Assembly: GCA_048887225.1 (NCBI GenBank)
Contig: JBHLJY010000005.1
Span: forward strand, 32,001-96,000
Origin: Candidatus Hodarchaeota archaeon
Lineage (GTDB): Archaea; Asgardarchaeota; Lokiarchaeia; Sigyniarchaeales; SOKP01
Direction of reading: 5' to 3'
DNA: 64,000 nt
Shown: piece after piece, positions 36,600-45,863 of the stretch
How positions within the stretch are numbered: the first letter of the stretch is position 1
Layout of the letters: every line of letters begins with the position of its first letter
Program-made: the position numbers and the translations under genes
The notes under the pieces: model-generated
The model's input: the letters and a program-made list of their open reading frames with translations, nothing else
Database searches by the model: none
What the model was told of the DNA's origin: nothing

Positions 36600-37538
36600 T
36601 TAAAAATCTTTTAATAGAGGTCCAAAAAGTCTTTCATAATGGACAGCCATACAATGGATTCCAGCTGCTTTAGTGGTTTTCCTTATTTCGTTTATAAACG
36701 GCAGAAAGAAATCTATGTTAATTTGATCAATCTTGGCATTTCGCTCTTTTTTGTTCTCAATTTTTTTTGCGGATTTTAATTTTTCCAAAAGATCCTTTGG
36801 AACACTCACACCAGGTATGTATTTATCAAAGTACCAAGCAATACCATAATTTTTCAAAGGAAATAAGCCTAATAACACAGCAACATCATATCTTTCTAGC
36901 TCTTTTAAGAATTCTTTTGCTTCATCGATATTAAATGCCGTTTGCGTTTGAATAAAATCGACGCCCGCTTCAACTTTTCTTCCTACTTTAAGGATCTCGG
37001 GCTCAAGGTATGGTGGGCGTGCATTTGGATTTGCAGCACATCCAATATTCATTTTAATTTTATCACCTTCGATTTCTTTGCCTTCCAAGTCAGTACCCTC
37101 ATCGACTATTTTTGACACCAATTCAATGAACTGTGTACTATCCAAATCATAAACGGGTCTAGCGTTTTTATTATCCCCTAACGCCGTATGATCACCAGTT
37201 AAAGTGAGGATATTCTTAAGTCCAAGGATTGCACCTCCAACAACATCGCCAAATAAGGCAATTCTATTCCTATCTCTCACAGTCATCTGCCAAATTGCTT
37301 CTAACCCTACTTTTTCTTGAACCAAGTAACTTGGTACCATTGAGCAAGTATATGCATCTCCTTGTGGACCGTCAGTTACATTTGCAGCTACAATCTTTCC
37401 AGTTTTTTTCATTTCTTCAGCGGAATGTAAAACTGAACTGATATCGTACATCTTTGTGGGTTCTAATTCTCCAGAAAAGACAAATTTTCCAGCTTTTATC
37501 TCTTTCATCAAATTGCTATATGCAGGTCTCTTTACCAT
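36600..37538 (-). CDS. metF: Methylenetetrahydrofolate reductase (copy 2, in the hdr operon)
   Basis: GELEP, NVTD, TVRDRN, LTGDH, DLDS, GVDFIQTQ; ATG overlaps the metV stop (TAATG). Confidence 0.88.
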   Translation of the reverse strand: MVKRPAYSNLMKEIKAGKFVFSGELEPTKMYDISSVLHSAEEMKKTGKIVAANVTDGPQGDAYTCSMVPSYLVQEKVGLEAIWQMTVRDRNRIALFGDVVGGAILGLKNILTLTGDHTALGDNKNARPVYDLDSTQFIELVSKIVDEGTDLEGKEIEGDKIKMNIGCAANPNARPPYLEPEILKVGRKVEAGVDFIQTQTAFNIDEAKEFLKELERYDVAVLLGLFPLKNYGIAWYFDKYIPGVSVPKDLLEKLKSAKKIENKKERNAKIDQINIDFFLPFINEIRKTTKAAGIHCMAVHYERLFGPLLKDF

Positions 37539-38236
37539 TATTTTTTCTCCTCATTTTTTTCTTCTTCTTCGTTAGTATACGGTTTATTAATCACATAGTA
37601 TGCTGGACTCGTAGCAGGTCTATAATTTCTTGGTGGCCGGTATTTATTAAAGAGATCCAATCTATTAAATTTCTTTAATCTCTCATAAATTCCAATCCAA
37701 GCACAAGGACGAGTATATCCTCCAACCTCGCACATTCCATCAACAGTACCTCCGCAAGGTCCGTTATTTAAATGCTTAGCGCACCCTGCAATAGGACAAA
37801 CGCCTCCTGTTTCTCCTAATAGACAACTCCCACATGTTTCACAGTATTGAATGAAATAGTTTTCTCCTGCGTTTTGAACACCACCACACATGCTATTTTG
37901 GGCTGGGTATGTTATAATGTTTTCAGCTACTTTATTTAGCATCACAATACCTAATCCACACGCTAACGATACAATTGCGTCGTACTCTTCTATAAATGGT
38001 CGTATCGTGGTAGCAGCAATTCTATCGTCGCATTGCCTTAAAATAGTGATTGCTCTCCATTTTAGCTTCTTTCCTTCGGTTTTTGCTTTTAGTTCCAATA
38101 ATTGTCCAAGTACTTTTGCTTCATTAATCGATCGCGGAGGCTGACAACAGTCATCACAGCCGGTTATTAAGATTTTTGAATATGGTCTTACCATATTGTA
38201 TATTTCATCAATATCTTTTAATTCTGTAATAATCAA
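37538..38236 (-). CDS. metV: MTHFR subunit MetV (copy 2)
   Basis: GCDDCCQP, RQCD, ACGLG, CETCGSC, CPIAGCAKHLNNGPCGG; TTG at 38236 or GTG at 38248 as start. Confidence 0.87.
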   Translation of the reverse strand: MIITELKDIDEIYNMVRPYSKILITGCDDCCQPPRSINEAKVLGQLLELKAKTEGKKLKWRAITILRQCDDRIAATTIRPFIEEYDAIVSLACGLGIVMLNKVAENIITYPAQNSMCGGVQNAGENYFIQYCETCGSCLLGETGGVCPIAGCAKHLNNGPCGGTVDGMCEVGGYTRPCAWIGIYERLKKFNRLDLFNKYRPPRNYRPATSPAYYVINKPYTNEEEEKNEEKK

Positions 38237-38301
38237 CTTTATGCACACTTTTTTCTTTAAATTTTTGAGTTTTATTTTATGTTTTTAAGAAAAGATTATT
38301 A

Positions 38302-39189
38302 TTATGTTTTTATATTCAGTTTTTCCAATAGTTTTGTAGGTTTCACACTTCTATTTGATAAACCTAAAATTCCGACATCGATACCAAAAGCTAATGCTAT
38401 TAATTCAGGTAAGTAAAGTATAGGGATATCAAGCTCTTTATCAATTTTTCTTGAAATCAATTTTTCCTTTCTGTCATACTGACTCACGCATGCTGGACAG
38501 ACAGCAACCATAACATCTACTTCTTTTTCAAGTTCTTTCAAGTCAGTCATTTTTTCTTCAACTAATTTAAATCCAATATCTTCATTTAATCTAGCACAAT
38601 ATCCACAACATTCTAATTTAGCTGCAAAGGCAACAGTCGTAGCTCCTAAAGTTTCTAAGATCAGATCCATTGTTTCTGGTCGTTCAGGGTGGTCAAATCT
38701 CAGAATTTTACTTGGTCTTATTAAATGGCATCCATAATGTGCAGCAACATTAATATCATCTAATGGGTGCATAATAGCCACTTTAATTTTATCAAGCATA
38801 TCTGGTCTACTAAATAATTCAACAAAATGCGTAACTGTTGATGTTCCTTTATATTCATATCCAATTTTCTTTAAAACAGAATTGACTTTATCAAATGCAG
38901 CTTTATCTTCTTTTAGAAGGATATGGGAAGTTTTAAGTGTTTCAAAGCATCCTGAACAAATTGTCAAGACATCCAAACCCATTCTTTCAGCTATTGATAA
39001 ATTTCTCGCAGCGATGGTTAACCAAGTATCAACGCTTAATGATTGGGTTGCTACAGGGTCAGGGCAACAGCTAGCACCGTGCATCTCTTTTAAGTTAATA
39101 TCTAAAATACTAGCAATCTCCCTGAATGCTTTTTCAAAATGCGGAAACCGAAGTGGGATTGTACATCCTAAAAATAATGCGAATTCCAT
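38302..39189 (-). CDS. hdrB: Heterodisulfide reductase subunit B
   Basis: FLGC, SCCP, CSGC, HYGCH, ECCG, CPAC (two CCG domains). Confidence 0.93.
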   Translation of the reverse strand: MEFALFLGCTIPLRFPHFEKAFREIASILDINLKEMHGASCCPDPVATQSLSVDTWLTIAARNLSIAERMGLDVLTICSGCFETLKTSHILLKEDKAAFDKVNSVLKKIGYEYKGTSTVTHFVELFSRPDMLDKIKVAIMHPLDDINVAAHYGCHLIRPSKILRFDHPERPETMDLILETLGATTVAFAAKLECCGYCARLNEDIGFKLVEEKMTDLKELEKEVDVMVAVCPACVSQYDRKEKLISRKIDKELDIPILYLPELIALAFGIDVGILGLSNRSVKPTKLLEKLNIKT

Positions 39190-39725
39190 TATTTTTCATC
39201 CTCCATTTCTTTTTTTATTATATTTTCAAGTCCAGTTTCTTTTATTATGAAAGTGATATCATCAAGATTTGGTGGTTCTACAATAGGTAAGCCAAATTTT
39301 TCTCTTCTTCGATCAATGGTTTTCTTTAATCCCCCGTGATATGGGACAACAAATCCATTGTCGTTAATTACTTTAATCGTATCACTGTATTCTGATGGAA
39401 TATTTCCTTCTTTGACAGCTAAATTCCTTATTAAAGCTAAAATAAAAGAATAATCTACGCCTTTTGGACATCTTTCAGTACATCTATGACAAAGAGAACA
39501 AGTCCAGATTGCGTTACTTGATAAAATAACATCCTTTAGACCTAACAAGAGTGAAGCAACGACTCTATGAGGTTGCAAATCTATAAATTCTGATACTGTA
39601 CATCCAGAGCTACACACACCGCACTGAATACATTTCAATAAAGATTTTGCACCAACTTTATTGCTAATTTCATATCTCAAATCATGGTCTAATTCTTTTG
39701 AACTCATAGTTTTTTCTTCATTCAT
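39189..39725 (-). CDS. hdrC: Heterodisulfide reductase subunit C
   Basis: CIQCGVCSSGC, IWTCSLCHRCTERCP; stop overlaps the hdrB ATG. Confidence 0.92.
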   Translation of the reverse strand: MNEEKTMSSKELDHDLRYEISNKVGAKSLLKCIQCGVCSSGCTVSEFIDLQPHRVVASLLLGLKDVILSSNAIWTCSLCHRCTERCPKGVDYSFILALIRNLAVKEGNIPSEYSDTIKVINDNGFVVPYHGGLKKTIDRRREKFGLPIVEPPNLDDITFIIKETGLENIIKKEMEDEK

Positions 39726-39727
39726 TT

Positions 39728-42700
39728 TTAAGCTCCCTCCTTAGCTTCTTCTTTTTTTTCAATTTTATCACCCCTTTCGGCAATTGGCCCTAATTCTTTC
39801 ACCTTGCCAATAAAATCGGTAATAACTTCAGAAAATCGCTTTCCTTCGCTGGCTGAGACCCATTCAAGACGATATCTCTCGGGATTAATTCCAACTTTTT
39901 CAAGGATTTCTTGAATTTCATTATATCGTCGTAACATATCGTAGTTACCTTCCAAATAATGGCAATCTCCAATATGACAGCCTCCAACAAATACTCCGTC
40001 AGCACCTTCTAGAAATGCTCGCAATATAAAACTTTTTGGAATTCTTCCAGTACACATTACTCTTATAGGCCGAATATTTGTTGGATATTGAAATCGACTT
40101 ACACCACACGTGTCTGCTCCAGCGTAACTACACCAATTACAAAGGAAAGCAACAATTCGTGGTCTTTCATCAATAAATTCTCCTTTTAATGCTTCAGAAA
40201 TCATTGGTGTCAATTGATCATCTGCGAAATGACTCATAGTAATCGCCCCTGCTGGACATGCCGCAGAACAGTCACCACATCCTTTACACAATAGTGGGTT
40301 TGATTCAGAAACTAATTTTTCGTTATCAAAATTGACGCCTATAGCTCCAAAATTACAAACCTCTTCACATTTTTGACAAGCAATACATAATGAGGGATTA
40401 ACAACAGAAACTAGCGGTTCATTTTCGACTATACCTGAAATTAATGGTATTAAAGCGTGAGCGGCAGCACCCCTTGCCTGAGATATCGAGTCTGCGATAC
40501 CTTTTGGGCCATGAGCAGTCCCAGCAAGATAGATCCCATCTGTTGCAAAATCAACTGGTCGTAATTTAACATGAGCTTCCAGAAAGAATCCATTTTGATC
40601 ACGTGGTACTTTGAGTAACTCTGAGAGTAATTTGTTATCATATGGTTTCAATGGTGTTGATAATACAACTCGATCAGCATCAATATTAAGTGTAACTTGG
40701 GTCAAAATATCCTTTACTTTAACATTGATTTTTCCATTAGTAAGTTCTACTTCAGGGTATTCATTAAATCTTATATAATTGATATTTTCTCTAGCTTGCC
40801 AATAATAAGGTTCTTCATCAGTCCCAACACGAATATCTCTGTAAAGTACATAAACATTAGATGTTGGATAATTTTCTCTCACATATAACGCGTGTCTAAT
40901 AGATTCAGAACAACAGATTAGAGAGCAATATGTACATCCATTGACTCCTTCTGGTTGTCTCGAACCGACGCAATGAATAAATACTATTTCCTCCCCACCT
41001 TTTAATTCATTATCCTTTAATTTCTCAGATAATTCTAATTGCGTCATTATACGAGGATCTTCACCATAATGATACCAACCTACTGGTTTATATTCATAAG
41101 CACCTGTCGCAACGACAATTACACCAACATTTAAATCTGCAATTTTGTTATTAACATTATTTTTAACTTTAATATTGAAATTACCTATTGAACCTTTAAC
41201 ATCTGAAACTTCAGAATTTAAATAAGTTGAGATATTTTTTATTTGATTATACTCATTAAGTTTTACATCTAAATATTCTTTGGAATCTATCCGATCAAAA
41301 TTAATCATATAGATAAGGTTTAGTTGACCACCTAATTTATCATCTTTTTCAATTAAATGAACCTTATATCCTTTATTCGCAATTTCCATGGCTGCCGTCA
41401 ATCCAGCAATACCACCGCCAATAACTAATGCTTCAGGGACTACATCTCCTTTTATTTTTAATTCAGGTCTTAAAAATCTTGTACGTGCAACGCCCATTCG
41501 AATTAGATCTTTTGCCTTATCGGTTGCTTTTTTGTGTTCATTCATATGTACCCATGAATCTAACTCTCGAATACTTACAAAATTAAAAAGATATTCGTTC
41601 AAACCTGCCTCTCGTATAGTTTTTTGAAATAATGGCTCGTGTGTTCTTGGAGTGCACGCAGCAACTACTATTCGATTTAAATCCAACTCTTCAATCTTTT
41701 CCTTTATAATATCTTGAGTCAAACTCGAACAACTATATTTATTGTGCATAGCAAACATTACATCAGGAAGAGTTTTTGTATATTCTACTATTTCTGGAAC
41801 GTCCATATATCCACCAATATTTACACCACATTCGCAAATAAATACACCAATTCTTGGTTTATCACTTTCATTGACTATTTTCAATGGAGGCAATTCAACT
41901 CTTTGTTCTTCTTCGCTTAATGGTTCCGCGTGAAGGGCTGCTAATGCAGCAGCTCCACTGGCTTTAGCTACTGAATTAGCTATATCGTCAGGGGATTGAC
42001 AGCATCCAGTTACGTAAATACCTTCTTGAGTAGATTGTAAATCTTCAAGGGAATTTTTTGTTTTAAAAAATCCTAACTCGTTTGTTTCTATTCCTAAGAT
42101 TTTTGCTAATTGCTCGCTATCTCTTCGAGGAATTACGGCACTTCCCAACACTACTAAATCAAATCTGCTTGTTTCTACTTCACCAGTGTCTAAATTTGCG
42201 TGCTTAACTAATAGATCGCGAGTTTCTGGATCTTCTCGTACATCACCAGGAATCCCGTGATAATATTTTAACTCATACTCATCTTTCGCTCTTTCAATAA
42301 ATTCTTCTTGATTTTTTCCAATTACTCTAGTATCGTTGAAAAAAATCGTAACGTTCGTATCTGGAGAATGTTCACGTGTTACAACTCCCTCCTTCGCCAT
42401 ATACATACAACAAAACTTTGAACAATATGAACATAGTGATTCATTTCGGGATCCGACGCATCCAATAAATGCAATTTCGTGTGCATGTTTTTGATCCGAT
42501 GGTCGCAAGAGTTCACCTTCCGTTGGACCAGAAGCGCTCAATAGCCTTTCGTATTGCATTGATGTGATAACATTAGGATATTCATCATAATGGTAACGAG
42601 TCAAAACACTAGGATCTAAAATGTCAATTCCTGTAGCGATAATAATAGAGGCAACATTATATTCTACAACCTCATCTTTCATGTCCCATACTATAGCACC

Positions 42701-43213
42701 AGCCTCGCATTCTTTTTCACAGAGCTGACAGGCATTTTTTGTTAAATATAAGCATTTTTCTGGATCTATAGTAGCTTTACGTGGGACGGCTTGTGGAAAT
42801 GGTATGTAGATTGCTTTACGGTTACCCATCCCTTCTTCAAATTCCGAAGGAATTTTTTTCATAGGACATTTTTCTACACATGCACCGCAGCCTGTACATT
42901 TTTCAATGTCTACATATCTAGATTTCTTTAAGATCTTCACGTTAAAATTACCAGCTTCCCCTGTTACTTCTTGGACTTCCGAATAAGTCAAGAGTTCTAT
43001 ATTAGGATGACGAGCGACCTCAACCATTTTGGGAGCCAAAATGCAAATGCTACAGTCTAAAGTGGGAAATGTCTTATCTAATTGTGCCATTCGCCCACCA
43101 ACACTTGGAGTTTTCTCAACTAATATAACTCGATATCCTTGTTCACCTAAAGACAGAGCTGCTTCGATACCACTGATACCTCCGCCAATAATTAAAATAT
43201 TACTATTAGTCAT
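39728..43213 (-). CDS. hdrA: Tandem HdrA-HdrA-ferredoxin-MvhD fusion flavoprotein
   Basis: GGGISG and GGGIAG FAD motifs, LDKTFPTLDCSIC, CVGSR x2, ACTPRTHE; C-terminal MvhD (FLCNWCSYAGAD, MCTGR, GCHIGDCHY, WVSASEG). Confidence 0.94.
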   Translation of the reverse strand: MTNSNILIIGGGISGIEAALSLGEQGYRVILVEKTPSVGGRMAQLDKTFPTLDCSICILAPKMVEVARHPNIELLTYSEVQEVTGEAGNFNVKILKKSRYVDIEKCTGCGACVEKCPMKKIPSEFEEGMGNRKAIYIPFPQAVPRKATIDPEKCLYLTKNACQLCEKECEAGAIVWDMKDEVVEYNVASIIIATGIDILDPSVLTRYHYDEYPNVITSMQYERLLSASGPTEGELLRPSDQKHAHEIAFIGCVGSRNESLCSYCSKFCCMYMAKEGVVTREHSPDTNVTIFFNDTRVIGKNQEEFIERAKDEYELKYYHGIPGDVREDPETRDLLVKHANLDTGEVETSRFDLVVLGSAVIPRRDSEQLAKILGIETNELGFFKTKNSLEDLQSTQEGIYVTGCCQSPDDIANSVAKASGAAALAALHAEPLSEEEQRVELPPLKIVNESDKPRIGVFICECGVNIGGYMDVPEIVEYTKTLPDVMFAMHNKYSCSSLTQDIIKEKIEELDLNRIVVAACTPRTHEPLFQKTIREAGLNEYLFNFVSIRELDSWVHMNEHKKATDKAKDLIRMGVARTRFLRPELKIKGDVVPEALVIGGGIAGLTAAMEIANKGYKVHLIEKDDKLGGQLNLIYMINFDRIDSKEYLDVKLNEYNQIKNISTYLNSEVSDVKGSIGNFNIKVKNNVNNKIADLNVGVIVVATGAYEYKPVGWYHYGEDPRIMTQLELSEKLKDNELKGGEEIVFIHCVGSRQPEGVNGCTYCSLICCSESIRHALYVRENYPTSNVYVLYRDIRVGTDEEPYYWQARENINYIRFNEYPEVELTNGKINVKVKDILTQVTLNIDADRVVLSTPLKPYDNKLLSELLKVPRDQNGFFLEAHVKLRPVDFATDGIYLAGTAHGPKGIADSISQARGAAAHALIPLISGIVENEPLVSVVNPSLCIACQKCEEVCNFGAIGVNFDNEKLVSESNPLLCKGCGDCSAACPAGAITMSHFADDQLTPMISEALKGEFIDERPRIVAFLCNWCSYAGADTCGVSRFQYPTNIRPIRVMCTGRIPKSFILRAFLEGADGVFVGGCHIGDCHYLEGNYDMLRRYNEIQEILEKVGINPERYRLEWVSASEGKRFSEVITDFIGKVKELGPIAERGDKIEKKEEAKEGA

Positions 43214-43678
43214 TATTCTTCAATTTTCAATTTTTGAAATAATTCTCTTATAATTTGATTGATATTGATACTATTTTCTCAAATTAATAATCATTTTTGA
43301 AAATTCTTATTAAGTTTAAAAACATATAAATTTTTATTATCTAATTATTACCAAATCATTTAAATATTTTACTAAAAATGACTGAAAACGGAAGATTATA
43401 TGAATTTCAAATCAGAAGAAGTAGATTTTCGATCAAGTATTTTTAAAAGAATTAGTAAAAATAACAAATTATTATCTTTAATTGTTAATATATGAAAATG
43501 ACAAAAAAATTACTGTTTGGTTCATTTTTTAAGAAAATTCTCTTTTTAAAATTAATTTTTTGTTAAAAAACCGATATTAATAATAAAGAAAGATTATAAA
43601 CTATTAATTTTAATAATATATTTAACAAGAAAAAACAAAATTTTTATTGAGCTATATATAGATTTTTGGTGATTTGGA

Positions 43679-44335
43679 ATAAAGATTGTAGTAACGGGAG
43701 CGTCACAATGCGGAAAATCAAGTTACTTAAATTATTTTGATAAAAACTCTTTGAATGTACAAGTAGGAGGGAAAACTATTGCGATGGACGTAGCTAGCAT
43801 AAATTTCAATGGATTTCAAATAACATTGTTCGGCACGCCTGGTCTCGCACGATTTAAAGTAATGAGAAAGATTATTTCAAATGGAGCTGATGGAATCGTT
43901 TTTATTTTTGATGCTACAAATCCCGACTCCGATAATGATGCTATATCAATATTGAGAGAAATAATAAACCCAAAAGCTCCAAAAGTTTATTTAGCTAATA
44001 AGCAAGATTTGATGGGAGCACGCTCACCCGCAGTGTTGCAAGCTCAAAATAAATTACCTAAAGATTGTAAAATTTTCCCCTCAAGTATAAAAACTGGACT
44101 TAATATAAAAGAATCTTTAAAATATTTAGTGGGTGAAATATTTAAAAAATACAAAAAACTTATACAAATTCTCTGCAATTATGAAACTAACATTAGAGGA
44201 CTAGCAGAAAAATTAGGTAAAAACAAAAGTCAGATGCGTGACTTTTTATATTATTTGGAAATTAGACGATTTATTATAATTGACCGAGTTAATAAGGTAT
44301 ATAGAGTTAATAAAGCCTTAAAAAATATAGTTTAA
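43679..44335 (+). CDS. Small GTPase (MglA/ATP_bind-like) with a C-terminal wHTH-like domain
   Basis: The P-loop KIVVTGASQCGKS lies upstream of the tracked TTG 43751 in the same frame; FGTPGL, NKQD; probable ATA start at 43679. Confidence 0.85.
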   Translation: MKIVVTGASQCGKSSYLNYFDKNSLNVQVGGKTIAMDVASINFNGFQITLFGTPGLARFKVMRKIISNGADGIVFIFDATNPDSDNDAISILREIINPKAPKVYLANKQDLMGARSPAVLQAQNKLPKDCKIFPSSIKTGLNIKESLKYLVGEIFKKYKKLIQILCNYETNIRGLAEKLGKNKSQMRDFLYYLEIRRFIIIDRVNKVYRVNKALKNIV

Positions 44336-45774
44336 TTATATCTTTTATTTAATGGTATTTTATGAAGGATATTCTCATCTAATTCAATTTTTCTAAGAAA
44401 TATTAGCCCAATCAAGAAAAAGATGCCCATTGAGGACATAGCAATCGTAATAATTATTGGATTTTCCTCATTAGGACCAAAGAGAATAAAACCTATCATA
44501 ATGGATGCAATAGCGCGAGAAATAAACAACAAAAAAGATTGCAATCCATTGTAAGCTCCTGAAATTTCAGAGATGGCTTTATCTGTTATCTCAACTCCAT
44601 TTTTAGCTGCAGCTTCATAAATTAATGCAGCAGTTATTGGTCCAACAAATAATCCAAATCCATAAATAGATCCTAAAATTGTACCAACGGTAATTATAAA
44701 GATTAGAATCTTAAGCTCAAAAGAAAAGATCTCAATTAAAAAAAAAAGCTCTAAAAATGATGCAATAACTGTTAATGTAATGCATATATAATATGACTTT
44801 ATAAGAGCATATTTTTTAAGAATTATTCTCCAAATATAGAACCATCCAAACTTGCATGAAAATGAAATAATAACATAAAGCAAAAAGTCAATACCTCTAA
44901 ACTTGAGCGAATAAGTTAGAAAAGGTATAACTAGAATACCCAACATATGGGTGGATATAGTGGTGAAAAATCCGACAAAGACAAACTTTCTATACTTTTT
45001 ATCCTTAGCTGGTACAATCATTTGTTGAAAAGTAGCTCGGACTGATTTTTTCTTCATTTCAGATTCAGGAGAGATTTTATGAAAGCTCTCATCTACCGAA
45101 AAGAAGGTTAATATTATTGATATAAATCCAAAAATGGCGAATAAACCACCTATTATAGGAATATAAGTAAGTATTACTTTTCCTGATGGTTCCCACCATT
45201 TAACATTTTCTGGATCTTTGAGAAGACTTTGAACAAATAAAGGCAACATTAGAGCCAAAATTGATGCAATAATTGATAGAAATGTCCCTACAGCTGCCAC
45301 TTTCTTTCTGTTTTCGTTAGTTTGAGATTGTTCCGGTCCCATTGAAGCATATGAAGTTAAAATTGACATTGCCGATATAGCATTTAAAATAAATATAATC
45401 CATAAATAGATAGCCGTTGGCCAAAACATAGAATTTGTTTTGGGACATTTCCATGGTGGAAGCCATATTAGAATATTTGTTAAAAACCAAATGGGTAACC
45501 CATAAATTAAAAACAAACGACGTTTTCCGAGTTTGCTTGGCTTTTTATTGTCTGCTAAAACACCAAAAATGATAGAAAAAATTGCCGAAATAATTAGTTG
45601 CATAGCCATTCCTATTGTAACGAGAATTGAATTCAAATTAATTGTATAAACGTAAAATTGAAAAATGAATACACTTCTAAAAATGTCCGTTAAAAGTACT
45701 CCAAAAAATCCTATAGTGAATCCAATTATTCGTTTTCCATGTAATTCGCGTGGGACTTTTATTGTCTCACTCAT
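44332..45774 (-). CDS. MFS transporter (GPH/MelB-like), paralog 1
   Basis: GVLADNKK..GKRR loop, PEQSQT..RK motif, about 12 TMs. Confidence 0.88.
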   Translation of the reverse strand: MSETIKVPRELHGKRIIGFTIGFFGVLLTDIFRSVFIFQFYVYTINLNSILVTIGMAMQLIISAIFSIIFGVLADNKKPSKLGKRRLFLIYGLPIWFLTNILIWLPPWKCPKTNSMFWPTAIYLWIIFILNAISAMSILTSYASMGPEQSQTNENRKKVAAVGTFLSIIASILALMLPLFVQSLLKDPENVKWWEPSGKVILTYIPIIGGLFAIFGFISIILTFFSVDESFHKISPESEMKKKSVRATFQQMIVPAKDKKYRKFVFVGFFTTISTHMLGILVIPFLTYSLKFRGIDFLLYVIISFSCKFGWFYIWRIILKKYALIKSYYICITLTVIASFLELFFLIEIFSFELKILIFIITVGTILGSIYGFGLFVGPITAALIYEAAAKNGVEITDKAISEISGAYNGLQSFLLFISRAIASIMIGFILFGPNEENPIIITIAMSSMGIFFLIGLIFLRKIELDENILHKIPLNKRYN

Positions 45775-45810
45775 GTTTCGTGAAATACAGAATTAAATAT
45801 TATCTTTATG
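45775..45810 (-). promoter_or_regulatory. Duplicated leaderless promoter of MFS paralog 1 with a TTTC-NN-GAAA site
   Basis: 34/36 identical to 47334-47369; minus strand AAAGATAATATTTAA BRE/TATA-like element close upstream of the ATG. Confidence 0.65.
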
Positions 45811-45863
45811 ATTTTAAACAAGAAAAATATTATAGTATTAAAAAAGAGAGGGATTTAATCTGT

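Noticed and set aside
39728-43213. Selenocysteine in HdrA/MvhD (reported selenoprotein families in Lokiarchaeota)
   Set aside because: The ORF is uninterrupted, all relevant positions are Cys codons, and no in-frame TGA is present
43378-43495. 22-aa and 31-aa micro-ORFs upstream of hdrA on the + strand
   Set aside because: No SD, poor TATA spacing and no recognisable motif; cannot be supported
43670-43672. In-frame TGA just upstream of the GTPase (and similarly upstream of cdhD) as Sec/readthrough
   Set aside because: The TGA is part of the GTGA Shine-Dalgarno and falls in frame only because of the 6-nt spacing; there is no convincing coding sequence upstream
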